Shown here one piece after another: positions 11,301-26,300 of a stretch of DNA of 64,000 nt (position 1 is the first letter of the stretch; each line of letters begins with the position of its first letter). The translations under genes were made by a program, and so were the position numbers. The DNA is from a virus: positions 3,221 to 67,220 of the IMG/VR virus record IMGVR_UViG_3300021139_001382. One strand, written 5' to 3'. Below the pieces are notes generated by a model. The model saw nothing but the letters and a program-made list of their open reading frames with translations. It was not told where the DNA came from and did no database searches.

Positions 11301-14300
11301 TGCTATTCAACTATATGTAAACAATGTGTTACAACCAGCAAGTAGTTACTCAACTTCTACTACTGACACGACTACTATAGTTTTGTTCACTCCAACTTCG
11401 CTTGTTGATAATGTTATTCAAATCATGTTGTTAAGCGACCAAGTAAGTAAAACTGCTTACTACGGCATTCCTACGAACCTGAATAACAACCCCCTGAACG
11501 CTGACGTAACAACAGTTAACGTTGGTGATATCAGACGACAGTATCAAAGCATATTCCAGAACAACGTGAACATCACTGGAACAATGTTTGGTTCTAACAA
11601 CTACAGAGACTCTGGTAACGTAGTCCCTTACGGCAGCAGCATAATTCAAAACAGCGCGTCACTTGTCCTGCCAGGTGCGTTCCTGCGTAATCAGAATCAT
11701 AATCTGTTTAACTCGTTGCTATTCAACAGCAGAGAATATATCACATTCAAGACATTGTTAGTTAACACTGTTAACAGCACTGAGTATTCAGTGTATCAAT
11801 CAGCCGCATCGATGCTTGATGATGCGCTGGATCAAATCACCGCGGCCAAGACTGATTCTAATTCATTCTTCTGGAGCGACATGTTGCCTTCAAAAGCAGC
11901 ATACATCAGCAATAACTACTCATTCGCCAACTCGCTTGATACTAGTATCTTCCCGTTAAGCAGAGTATATGATTTTGCTCAAGCTAACTACTACGGCGTT
12001 CTTGTCTATCTGACAAGAACAACTGACAATCTTACCCAAGTTACTCAATTGTTGCTGAACGTTGATTATACGATCAGCCCTGATAGTCCTGCGTTGACTA
12101 TTCAAAAGGAGCTGTTGCCAGGTGATCTGATCAACATCAGAGAATACAATCAGACGTACGGTAGCTATGTGCCGAATACTCCTACTAACTTAGGACTATA
12201 CCCGTCGACCATCCCTTCAGTTGCTTTAGACAGCAACTATTCGCAACCAACATACTTTATTGTTGGTCACGACGGATCGTATAACAAGTTGTATGGTGCG
12301 TATGATCCTGTTACGGGCCGGCTAATCGATTTCAGAGACCAAGTGCTTCTTGAGTTCGAAAAACGCATCTACAACAATCTAAAGATCAGTGCGGCTATTC
12401 CTATTAAGGAATATGAAGTTCTGCCCGGCTTCTTCAGAGATACCGGCTACAGCTATGATGAAATTTTAGAAATTTATTCTGAGAGTTTCCTCAATTGGGT
12501 GGGACAAAACAGAATTGATTACAAGAAACAGTTTTATAGTTCAACCAACGAGTTCACCTACAACTACTACCAATCCGGTAATAAGATTAACAAAGAAGTT
12601 ATTCAGCCGGGTTACTGGAGAGGTGTTTACGAATATTTCTACGACACCTGCAACCCTGATACTGCACCTTGGGAAATGCTCGGTTTCACCAATCAACCTA
12701 CTTGGTGGGAAACTAGATACGGCCCTGCTCCATACACCAGTGATAACTTGGTTCTGTGGAATGATCTGGCACAAGGCATCGATTGGAATAATGGCACTCC
12801 TGTTGTCATCACGCAAGCTATTCGACCAGAGTTATTACAAGTTCTGCCAGTAGACACTGCTGGTAATCTTGTGTCGCCTTTTGTTTCAATTGTTGGCAAC
12901 TACGCTGATTACACCTTTCAGAATGATTGGAAAGTTGGCGATATGGGCCCGGCAGAGTTAAGCTATCGTCGCAGCAGTTCGTGGCCTTTCGATCTGATGC
13001 GTATACTTGCGCTGACTAAGCCCGCAGAGTTCTTCAACCTCGGTGTTGATCTTGACAACTACAAATACAACGAAGAATTCGGCCAGTATCTGGTCAATGA
13101 TCGTAGTCACCTCAAGCTAAGTGACATAGAGATTTACGGCTCGGGCACGGCCAAGACAAGTTATATCAACTGGATCGTTGACTTTGAAAAACAAGTCGGC
13201 GTTGATGCCACACAAAATATTAAGGATCTGTTCAGCAATATCGATGTGCGTTTGGTTTACAGACTCGCGGGATTCAGCGATAAGGATATGTTGAAGTTCT
13301 ATGTTGAAAAGGGAACACCTAACAGCAAGAACAGTTCGCTGCTGATCCCTGATGAAAGCTATTCAGTTCTTCTGTATGACAACCAACCGTTCAAGCGCAT
13401 TATTTATAGCAGTGTTATCGTTCAGATCACTACTCACGGCTATAAGGTATACGGCAACTCACAAACTAAAGCATATTTCACTGTGCTGAAGCCAAAGATC
13501 AATGGCAACTACGCTGAAGTTAAAATAGAAAAGTCTAGTGTGCAAGTCGCAAACGATTACTTCGATACTGCGGTAGTAGTCCCGTACGGTACCGAGTTCG
13601 TCTCCGTACAAGAAGTTGCTCAGTTTCTGGAAAGCTATGGCAGATACTTAGTATCACAGGGCGCATTGTTTGAACAGATTGAAAGCGGTATCGTAGTCAA
13701 CTGGCGTCAAATGGTTGCTGAGTTTGTTTACTGGTCACAAACAGGATGGGAGATTGGCAGCATTGTCAACATCAACCCTGCTGCCACACTATTGACAATC
13801 AACAAAGACAGCAACATTGTTCAGCCTCTGACTCTGCACAAACATAACTTCATACTGAATCAAAATCTGTACCCAATCGCCTCTACGGATCTGTCCGTAG
13901 TTCGTGATGGTACTTTGTTCACTGCTACCCCGCTGAACCCGAATGATACCGTTGCTTACGGACAGTTCAACATCAGCAACTTTGAACACGGTATCGTGTT
14001 TGATAACGTTACTCTGTTCGATGATATCATTTACAATCTTACTACTGGTCTGCGCCAAAATAGAATCGTAGTCAAGGGATCCAAGACGGCAGAATGGAAC
14101 GGCACGATTGATACTCAGGGCTTCATTCTGAATCAAGATAACATTCAAGAGTGGAACAAAGAGTCGAAATATACTACTGGTTCTATAGTCAAGTATAAAA
14201 ACAAATACTGGATTGCGGTGAAGATTGTTCAGGCGTCAGAACTATTTGATGAGCAATACTGGAAACAAACTGATTACAATGAAATTCAAAAGGGCCTGCT

Positions 14301-17300
14301 ACCTAACCCAAGCACCAGATCGTATGAAAGCACTCTATATTACGATGTGAATACTGCTAACCTTGAGAGCGATGCTGATCTTCTTAGCTTCTCCTTGATA
14401 GGCTATCGTCCAAGAGGCTATATGGCTATCGCAGACCTGACTGATATTACTCAAGTCAACGTCTATAAGAACCTTATTAAGAACAAGGGAACGCTGAACG
14501 CGGCCAGCGTGTTCAAAGGCGCGCAACTTTCACAAGGCAGCATTGATTACGACATATACGAAAACTGGGCAATCAAGTCTGGCGAGTTCGGCGGCGTACT
14601 TAACAGCAACTTCATTGAGTTTAAATTAAACGAGAGCCAACTTACTGGTAACCCTAGTATTGTGGGATTAACTGCAAGTGATGATACAATTGGAGTTCAA
14701 CAAGAAGTACAGATGTATTCTCTTTACAACTATGGCAGGGTAGTTACTGATCCAAATGTGTTGCCACTGAGCGATAATGCACCGTCGTCAGTATTCCCCG
14801 ACGCTGGCTACGTGAACTTCAATGATGTGAAAATGTCATCGTATTTCTACTCCGGTCTACCAAATGCAGTTGATATCAGCGGCACGACTGTTCCTCTGTC
14901 AGAGCTATATGTCAGAGATTATGTCTGGATTGCTAATCAACAAGGTACATGGCAGACATATACCCCTTCATCACTAGGACAAGTTGTCTATGCAAAGAAC
15001 AATCTGAACAGCACAGTAACAATCACGTTTAGACAGTTACATAATTTAGCTAAGTATCAGTCGTTTGCCGTGGTGAATTTCAATCAAAACATTGACGGTT
15101 ATTATATCGTTGCGTCTATAGTTGATCCCTACAGCGTGACAATTGGGCTAAATCTTAACCCTAATATTACTTCTGTAACTGGGCTAGGAACTGGATTTAA
15201 ATTCCAATCGCAACGTGTTGCAACACCGAATAAGATTGATACTCTGCCGCTACTCGATAGTGAGTTCACTAAGAATAAAGTTTGGGTCGATACAAACTCT
15301 GATGGAAACTGGGCAGTGTACCGTAAAGGTATTAACTATTCGTTTGACACAGCGATAACTAAAACTGCAACAGGATCGCTAGGCAGCGCAGTTGCATATA
15401 CCCCTCTACTTGGATACCTAATCAGTGATGCTGAAGTTGGCCAGGCATATCGTTACACATACAATGCGCTGACACTCGGATATGATCTAGTAGGAACATT
15501 ACCAGTAACACCTCGCCCATCGTTCGGCGCAGCAATATCGTATGCTGACGATATCTTTGCGATATCAGAACCAACTGGCGGAACTGCTGCGGTCCTTATC
15601 TACAAGTTATTCTCGACTACCACGAATGATGATCTTGTTCTGCAACAAACAATACTGGCACCGAGTGGAACAACTAACTGGGGTAGTGCAACTGCTATCT
15701 CAGGTGATAAGAAATGGTTGTACATTTCCGATATCGTCAATAACAGTGTCCGCGTTTATCGTCTGTCAGCAGTGACCGATCTACCTGCTACTGCTTTGTC
15801 TGCTGGAAGAACATATGCGATTTCTACTTTAGGTAACACTGATTGGAATGTTCCTGCAGGAACATCAGGTATCGTGTATGAAGTTGGTTCAATGTTCACA
15901 GCGACAACAACTGGTACTGGTACTGGAACCGCGAATGATATTACATATGAAGCAGCACACATCATCGACGGCGATGCGCTGGCACTAACAACATCGGGTG
16001 ACAACTTTGGTTACTCGTTGTCAACTGATTACTACGGTGATACTCTGGTAGTAGGCACCCCAGACAAAAACTCTGGCACGTTAGATAACTGGGGTTATAC
16101 TCATGTGTTCAACCGCACTGTCCAGAATGTAGAAGCACATTACAATACTCAATCTGATATACCTCAGACATTTACTATAGCATGGGACACTACTTTAGAA
16201 TATACTTCAACTACGGTAACTGCGACATCTGCATCAACCAACTTGATTACATGTAACAGCACCGTAGATTTTGTTGTAGGCATGCCAGTGATATTCTCGG
16301 GAACAATTATTGTGGATTGCGGAATCTCAGCGAATAAAGTTTACTACATAAAAACAGTGACTCTTCCGCTAGACGGAACGTTTACTATTTCTGAAACGCG
16401 CGGCGGTGCAGTCGTGCAACTAACTACACGAACAGGTGCATTTACTGTTACGGTCCAATCAACTCCATTGTATGTAAGTGTTAACGGAACATTGTTAACT
16501 GATGATGGATACGCTGTAATCAACAATGTTCTTAATGTAATCACTCCGATCATCGCCGGCGATATTGTTAACGTAAGCAGTCTGAATTTTGTACTGATAC
16601 AAACATTGACAACAGAGACAACTCCGCGGACCGGTGTTCAGTTCGGGCTGTCAGTTGACACTACCACTCACGCCAGTGAAATATTAGTGGGTGCGCCTTT
16701 TGAGTTGAACAGTCAACAAACGAATAATCAAAACATCGAAGGTGCTGTTTACAGATTTACCAATGGTGGTGCTAATTACGGCATGATCATCGGCACGGAA
16801 GATTGCATTATCGCATCACCCATCACTATTCTGCTTAATGGGTATACAGTCTCGTTGCCGATCGGTGATGCTACTTTAGCAGCAACGGTTATTAATAATA
16901 CGCACATTATAAATGTGATTGCAGCAGCATCAGATAACAAACTTGTTATACAGTTGATAGACACCACATTGTCAACTCCTAATAATAAACTTATTCTGTC
17001 TGTGCTAGATCAAACTTCGCTTACTCAACTAGGTATAACGATCTACACGCAAACTCAGGTCATCAATGACCCGCATGAAGGCGGAAGAACGCAGTTCGGC
17101 TCAGTCGTCAAGTTCAATGAGTTTGGTTCGTTCGTGACTAGTGCACCGGCCGCAACCCGTTTCGGGGCAACTACGTTCGACTTCACGGATGATGAGACTG
17201 ACAACGATACGGTGTTTGATAACAACGCCACACAATGGATTGACACATTTGCTAATGCAGGTGCGGTCTATATGTTTGACTACATCCCGGAACACAATGA

Positions 17301-20300
17301 GAGTCTCTCTGATATCGGCAAGTTTGTATATGCACAAAGCGTAAACGACACTAGCCTTGACTATGGCGCGCAGCCGATGTATGGTCAAGCACTTGAGTTC
17401 AACGCCAGTCGCGTTGTGATCGGTACACCTAATTTTAGGCCAGATCAAACTAATGGTCAAGTAGTTTCATACTCTAACGCACTGGGCGAACAAGATTGGT
17501 CAGTATACAGAAGTTCTGCAGCGGTGGTTGATATCAACCGTATTCAAGATATTCAAATGTATAGTGCGTTGACAAATACAACGCTTGACAATCTTGATTA
17601 CATCGACCCGCTTCAAGGTAAGATTCTAGGATCCGCACAAGAGAACATTGATGTAATCTCTAATCAAGATCCTGCAGGATATAACTCAACCGCTCGTAAT
17701 GGATCAGTTGTCTGGGGAGCAGGTAAAGTTGGTCAACTATGGTTCAACACTGCTAATACGCGCTTCGTAAACTATCATCAGAACGATGTTGTTTACAACA
17801 GCAAATACTGGGGTCGAGTATTCCCTGGCAGCGATGTGTCAGTCTACAGTTGGATCACAAGCATATTGTTGCCGTCACAATACGCGGGTCCTGGCACACC
17901 CTTTGATGTAATGTCGTATACAACAGAGTATGTGCTGTCTGCTACTGGCGCACTGCAACCAGTATACTTCTTCTGGGTCAGAAACACAAATGTAATCTTT
18001 ACCCAAGCTGGCAAAACTCTATCTGACACTATTATCGAATCATACATTGCTAATCCGATCGGCTCCGGCATCAGTTATTTTACTCCTTTGCTTCCGAGTG
18101 CGTTTGCGTTATACAACTCGTATGAGAATATTAATGCGAACGACACTGTGTTACACATTGGGTTCTCAACAGGAACAAACGATGACGTATCGCACGGACT
18201 GTTCAGCTTGATCAGAGCAGGATACGCTGATGACTTTCTTCCTGGCTTACCGGGAACAAGCGCACTGGACATTCCAGAATCGTTATACAACAGAATGTTG
18301 TGTAGTCTGTGTGGAGTTGACGCCTCGGGAGCAGTTGTTCCTAATCCGTATCTACCAAAGCCGGTTCAGTACGGGGTGTCTGCTCGACCTAATCAAAGCT
18401 TCTTCATCAATCGCTTCGGCGCGTTGAAGAACTACTTGACTTATGCGAATGAAGTTCTGGCGCAATATCCTATTGTAGAAACAAGACAATCTACTTTTCT
18501 ATCTTTAGTAGGTGATATTAATCCGTCGACTGTTAATAATCCTAATTGGGGCGGCGCACCCATGCCGATGTATGATACTCCGAAATATTGGAACTATATC
18601 AACTGGTGGTCAACTGGTTATAACGACAATACTAAATCGGTTACTCAAGTGGGTATATACGCCGACCTATCAGCTATTGTGGCCACAACAGGAATGATCG
18701 TCACCGTTGCAGCTAACGGCGACGGCAAATCAGAAACGTATGTTTATACCTCAATAGGAACTTGGAACCGAATTGGTCTCCAAGACGGCACGATTGAGTT
18801 TAGTTCTGTGTTATGGGATTATGAAACAGCCCACATCGGATTCGGTGATAACTTCTTTGACACAACTCCATATGACTCTTATCCGTCGACAGAGACAAAG
18901 AATGTATTACGTTCATTGAACGAAGAAATCTACACCAATGACTTGTTGATCCATCGTAATAAGAGTTTGATATTGTTGTTTGAATTTGCACAGAGCGAAA
19001 CAATCCAATCACAAACCTATATGCCATGGCTGAATAAGACTTCGTTCATTGACGTAGCTCATACTATTCGTGAGTTGCTACCTATACCAGTATATCAATC
19101 TGATAATCAAGATTTTTTGTCGGGTTTTATGAATGAAATTAAACCGTATCACGTTGTCATTAAAGAGTTCCTGTTTAAGTACACTGGCACTGATGTGTTT
19201 GAGGGTGATGTAACAGACTTCGATGTACCGGCGATGTATAACTCGTTAATCGAAAAGTTTATCACACCTGAGTTAGTATATGACAACCCGAGCGACAATC
19301 AGTATCTATTTACAGATCCTATATGGCAAACTGCACCTTATAAGGCTTGGTATGAAAACTTCGGTCTTAGTATTACCGGAGTCAATGACTTCCAAATAAC
19401 AACTACTGCCTCATACATTGCATTGAACTCTAACGCCTTCGCTGTAGATAACGCTAATGGGTTTCCTATTAACGGTGTTGTTAAGATAGGCAATGAGCTA
19501 ATTGGGTATTCATCGGTAGATCGGGCAACGAGTATCATAAGTGGACTGACGCGCGGAGTAAGCGGCACTGTTGTGGCAACACATTTACCGAACACACAAA
19601 TATACATTGACTTGCCTGCTATATTATTATTAGACGGTGGTAGGGGATATTCTGAACCACCAAAAATAACAGCATACATAGACACAACTATATATCCTGC
19701 ACCGACTAGTCCGGCTATTCTTGTTGCAGTAATGAGTTTAGATTCTGTATTGAGAGTAGACGTTATTGATCCTGGCCAGGGATACGCTGTGCTACCGGAA
19801 ATAGTAATTGATCCATCAATCCAATTGACATTTACAAGCGCGGATGTGAGCACTAGATCAAACACTATCTCCTTGGTCTCACCGTTGTTACAAACAGGCG
19901 ATCTGGTTAAATATATAGTCGGAATAGACACCGTCGCTGTAAGTGGTTTATCAGATGGTCAATATTACTATGTGAATGTTTTAGAATCGGCCCCATCCTT
20001 TGTTATCGCTCTTTATAGCAAGTATGCCGACTCAGTTGTGGATCAAAACAGGATATCGTTATTCGGAGCAGGCTCCGGCTCCAATAACTTTTTATATGTG
20101 AGTGCCAGAGCATCGTGTGTCTCATCAGCTATACCTATTCGTGAAAGTCAATTAACATTACGATTCGACCGCACCACTTACTCATCCCCAGTAACTGATT
20201 GGGTGACTGGTGAGTTTTATGGATCATTCTTTGCAGGATTTTTAAATGACTCCGACAAGATAGCGAGTTCTTCAATAACATTGTATGATTCACAGCCGCC

Positions 20301-23300
20301 CATCGAGAGCGTGCTGGCCAGTGCACAAGGAGCTGCGTTTGAAATAAGTGCAGTTTCATCTTTAGATACTCTCACTTGGTCTTCGCGCACCAGAGAAGTA
20401 GCGTGTACCTATTCAGGTGCAGATATGATATACCCCAACGTTATAAAAATATTGCCATCGGTCGGGGGCACACCGGTGTCCGAAGATCAGCCGATTGGTT
20501 CTACTATTGGATTCTATATAGGCATGCCTGTTAAATTTGACGGCGCCGTATACGGTACTGGATTAGTCAATGACACCATTTACTATGTAAAGGCCCTTGT
20601 AGAAATTTTCGATGGCACCAGTATGGTGCCTATAGGTTTTAAGATTTCAGCGACAATAGTGGCTGGTATACCGGGCCCCGAATACCCTTTGACGGCTGCT
20701 ACTATCAGTGCAGCCGGATTAATATGTCTCATTGGGCAACCTACTAGCACTGCTGTGGTATCTATCGATTACCCCGGCATTCTACAAGTGGTACATACCG
20801 CTGCCGGAACTAATAAAATATCTGTTCCTAGAACTGCGCTACAGATTAGTAGCGGATCCGCCGGTACAACAGGGTTTTACGTGGGTGTTCCTTTATTCTT
20901 CGTAGGAGAAGTATTCGGTGGAATTATTGAAAACGAGACTTATTATGTAACAACGGTAGTTGATGAGGAGACATTTACTATGTCAAAAACATCTACTCCG
21001 GTGATGGTCGAAGTCACTGCTACTACATTTGGCACCAACTTGATTACTTGTGACAGCACTCTGCTACTGTCCATCAATGATCCGGTTATCTTTACTGGGA
21101 CCGTGTTCGGCAATATTGTTAAGGGAACTACTTATTATGTAAGTTACATATCCGGTCTGACTTTCTCTATATCATCAATTATTAACGGTGTAAATGTCCT
21201 GTTAAGCACTGATTCAGGATCAATGACTGTTACAAATCAGAAAGATACCTTTGATCTGACCACATCGTCCGGATCAATGACATTGAATGTTGGTCTACCA
21301 GTGAGCCCTGGCCAGATTACTGGCCAGTTGTTTACTTTCTACCCGACCGGCGGAATAGTTGCTACTGGTGTATCAGGTATAGATGGTAACTTATTGAACA
21401 GAACAATAGTAAATGCTATTTCAGGCACTGCCCCGGCCGGCGATTATCTGGCTATATCTGAGGCAAGCGGCGGTCTGACGGACTTCTACATAGGTATGCC
21501 GATCCAATTCCCTACTACATATGCAGGGTTTGCTCCAGCAGTCACTTATCATGTAGCGGCCTCGGGCACAGTGACTACGATTGTAACGGCCACATCATCT
21601 TCTTCACCAACGTATTACTTGACCTGCGACAGCACTGCAGGGTTCTATGTAGGTATGCCAATATTATTAAGTGGCACCCCAATGGGCGGATTGGATTTAG
21701 ATGCTCAATACTTTATTAAAACAATCAACGGGTCTTATCAATTCAACGTGACCGACACAGCCGGCGGCGCCATTCTTGCCCTTACTGGTACATCGGGTGC
21801 AATGGTAGTAACAGGCACCCCGTATATCCGACTAGACACGGCAGTGGGATCAGACGAATCAACATCCGTTGTTATTACTCAGTCCCCTACGGCCGCGCCG
21901 ATATTCAACGTAGGGTTTATATTGGGCGGGTACTACGTCGATCTTAAAAGTCCTGGCGCCGGATATACGCTCACTAATACCATAACTATTCCGGGCACTG
22001 CATTTACACCGATTGCATTATCTCCCGCTAATGATTTGATAATAACTGTATCCGGCATTGATTCAATTCCGCCAAACACAGACCCTGATACAAATTGGCA
22101 GTTACCTGCTGTATCTCTAGGCACTATCACAGCGACTATCTGCTCCGGAACGCCGATGGAAATAACAAGTCAATATTATTTAAAGGTTGTTACCGCTAAT
22201 AAATGTGAAGTATATTATGATTCGTTTATGACGATTCCTGTTGCTGGAGTGGATTTCATCTACAATCCTGCCGATTATGCATTTTTACCGGAACCATTCT
22301 TCTTCGATCAAAGTATTGTCCTATACAATCATAAATTGTATAAATGTATTATCAGTAACAATGACCCTGAGTTTATCTTTGGTAAGTGGGAATTATTGTC
22401 AAGCGGCGCCAGAGAAATAAATGCATTAGATCGTATAGTAGGTTACTATCAGCCTACTATCAATATGCCGGGATTAGATATGACGCAGCTAGTGGATGGT
22501 ATAACTTATCCGAATAGCACTTATTTAGGTAATGCGTTTGCCCCCGATGATGAGTTCGAACTAGATACCTTGTTGCAGGATAAACCATTCTACCCGACTG
22601 AGATTAATCTGGAGTCGATTGTTTGGAACGGTGATAACTATCTTGCAATATCAGGAACCCCCGATTATTCTGCAATACTTTCAAGCGACACCGGTATTAC
22701 TTGGTCAATTGATACGATATCAGATCAGCCATTACAGGCAAGTGACATTGTATTTTCAGGGTCACGATATGTCATTACTACTAACAACCGAGCTACACCT
22801 ATATTAGTAAGTTCGGACGGGGTTGTATGGACAACCAACGGTCAATATACACCATATGGATCTACACCGTATGATGAATTATACGATACTACCTCATTGA
22901 GCGTTGCTGCAATTTCGCTGAATAGTGTGGCATATTTGAACGGAAAGTATGTCGCGGTCGGAGAGAATATAGTAATTAGCGATGACACATATGCTTGGAG
23001 AGAAGTATATGCTTTCGGCAACACTACTTTGAATAATGTGTTAAATGGTGTTGTATCAATCAATTTACCATACTATACCGGGTTTATCGCAGTAGGTGCC
23101 GGACAACAATATACGTATCCAGTTGGAGGAATAACTACAGTGGTTGATGTAAGTATATTACTGTGGAGTTCTGACGGTCTTGGTTGGAATAATTTAATAG
23201 CACCGCTTACTACTGGTGCGCTTAATGCTGCATGTCAGGGAGGTGATAGAATATTGGTAGTGGGTGACGCTGGCGCGAAGTTTACCAGTATAAATGGTGT

Positions 23301-26300
23301 ATCCTGGGTAAACGTAAGCTACGGCACCAATAATCTGCGTGACGCTACTTACTCCACTTCAATGTCGATGCTGGTTGCTGTGGGTGATAACGGTATAATA
23401 GAAACGTCAGTTGATGAAGGTGTCACTTGGATTGAACAGAGTTCGGGCACGATTCAAAATCTACACGGTATAGTTTGGAATGCGACCTCAGATGAGTTTG
23501 TGATAGTGGGCGACAATAACACTATTCTGATGAGTAGCGACGGCATACTTTGGACAAGTTCGTCATTATTCATCACTAATCCGACGGTGTATGATGTTCA
23601 AGGCGAAACCTTCATGTCTGGTTACGGACCAGAGGAACTTGTCCCGGGTGTTATCAACGATAATTTGACTATGCTGGTCACAACCCGCCCTGGTACTAAC
23701 TGGAACGCAACCGAATATGCTCATGTGGGTTATTCTGTCGAGTCAATTGAATTGTCACCTACATCAGGAAGTCAAGTAGAATATAGTTTTGCTAATGTAT
23801 TGGCAATTCCGGCACAATTATCAGTGTTTGTCATTGATAAAACCACTGGTTTAAGTACCACAATATATCAACCTGCTTATTCAGTTGATTGGATGATGAA
23901 AACTATTACACTCGCCACTCCATTATCATTTGTCGGTGTTGGTGACAGTGACCGATTAAGAATTGATGTGTATGAGGTGGGCAATGGCGATCAACTAGTT
24001 AAATCTAACACACAATCTAACCCTGTGGTAAATGACCCTGTTACAGGCTTTGATGAAATTCAGTTGAACTGTAACTATTCTGCGCCCCGCTTCTCAGGGT
24101 CGGGTGTTATTCGCCCCGGAACTCCACCCGTAGAAGTTGAAGCAACAGAAACGGATTCAGCGACCAACACAATTTTGTGTGCTAGTGTAACTGACTTTAG
24201 TATCAACGACGAAATCACATTCCAAGGTGTGGTGTTTGGTAATGTGGCAGAAGATACAAGTTATTTTGTAAAAACAATTAGTTATGTATCAAAGAGAATC
24301 ACAATTTCTGAAACACTCGTTTCAGGCATAGCAGGTCCTACATTTGAATTAGCAGATGACACCGGTAGTATGCAAGTGATTACTCAGATCGGTACCGGTG
24401 CAGTCTGGACAGATCCTATCGTCTATCATACCGGTAGTAAACTGATCATCGGTTCGACTAATATTGCAGCGGATACTGATGGGATAACGAACATCATCCA
24501 ATGTAATTCTACTTCAGGGATATATGATAATGACCCTATCGTATTTGACAATCGAATGTTCGGCGGAGTTGTTCCACATCAGCCGTATTATGTTAAAAAT
24601 GTAATCAGTCCAAATGAGTTTACGATTTCTGAAACATTAGGTGGCCCTGTGTTTGCGTTGAGCAATGGTGCCGGCTTAGCTACGTTTATCACATATGATT
24701 ATGCGTTCGGCCTCGCGGAAAACGGAGTATCCGCGACTTTGATATTCTCCGACTTATATGACACCCGATATGACTATATCACCTACACAGTATTCGGAGA
24801 AACATCACCGCAGCAATACGGATATACTATCCCGGAGATAGCAGTGTTTACGGTCCAGAACACAGAGACATCATTTTACGTCACTAACTTTGTCAGCGGC
24901 GATAATCCGATTAACGCAGTAGTAGAATATAATGGCAGACGCCTAGTAAATATCACAGATTACGTGTTGAATCCACTGACTAATACAGTGACATTAACCT
25001 TCACTACGACACCGGGGTCAACTGTAGCAGTGACAAGTTACAATCTTACTGACAGACAATATCTGCATACGACATACGGTGGTCCGTTCTCGGGTTCTAC
25101 TGCTTCTACACTTATCATCGGTAGCACAACCCATACTGATGGGTTGTATGATGAAGATAGTCCGTCAATAGAACTATTTGACCAAGATATTCCTCCTGTA
25201 CTATTTGATGAAATTTTAGATTACCTGACACTATCATCGGGTTCTACATCAGTATTACATATCAATGATGCTATCGTCTTTGAGAGCCCGGTGTTTGGTG
25301 GAATTGTCGCCGGCGAAATTTATTATGTTGTTGGGATTTTGAGTCCTACAGAATTTACAGTATCAATTACGGTAGGTGGCGTACCTATCACATTAACAAC
25401 AGCGTCAGGTTCAATGCTGGCTTTCATTAACCCGGCGACAGTCGCTAATATTGTGGGCGTTGACAACGCAATCACTCCGCCTCTGGCGATTACGAATGTT
25501 GTTGCTACTGCAATAGGTACTAATATAATTACATGCGCGAATACCTCAGGATTTGTATCCGGGCAGCAAATATTATTCAAAGCAAGTATTTTCGATGCTA
25601 TTGCGCTGACACCGACCCTCACTTACCAAATAGTAGAATTGGGCACAACTGATTGGAATGTTGTGGCCGGAACAATCGGAATTATTTATGAAGTCGGTAA
25701 TGTTTTGAGTAACATCGCAAGTGTTGGCACCGGCACAGGAACTGCATTATTAGCAGACTTTGGTGGCATTAGTACATTGGGTGTAGTGTATTTTGTTTAT
25801 CAGGTGTTGTCACCGTTGACATTTACGATCAAAGACGTTGATGGTAACGTTGTTACTCTAACGAACGATCTTGGGCTTGTGAAGGGATACGTCGGTGGAA
25901 ATCCTGCAATAACTATTACAACCGGGGTCCCGCATAATTTGGTTGAGAACAACCTGATCAGAATAGATGGAACAACGGGATCTATCCAGTTGAATAATGA
26001 AACTTTCTATGCAAAAATAATAAACTCTACTCAACTTGCGTTGTATAGCACCCCGTATAACCCTGCACTGACTGCTATTAATAATCCTACTACAACTATA
26101 TCAAGTTACGCAGGTGGTGGATACGTTTGGCTAGATAGAACATTTACTCTGACTACGACGAATGCCACAGCAACTACGCACGACCTTACTGCTATAATGA
26201 CCGCGGCTATTGCTGATGTATCGTCTGTCCCCACACTTACAGTGAGTGCTTCTTCAGGTGATCCGATCGAACCCGGAATGATTCTTACTGGTTTAGGAGT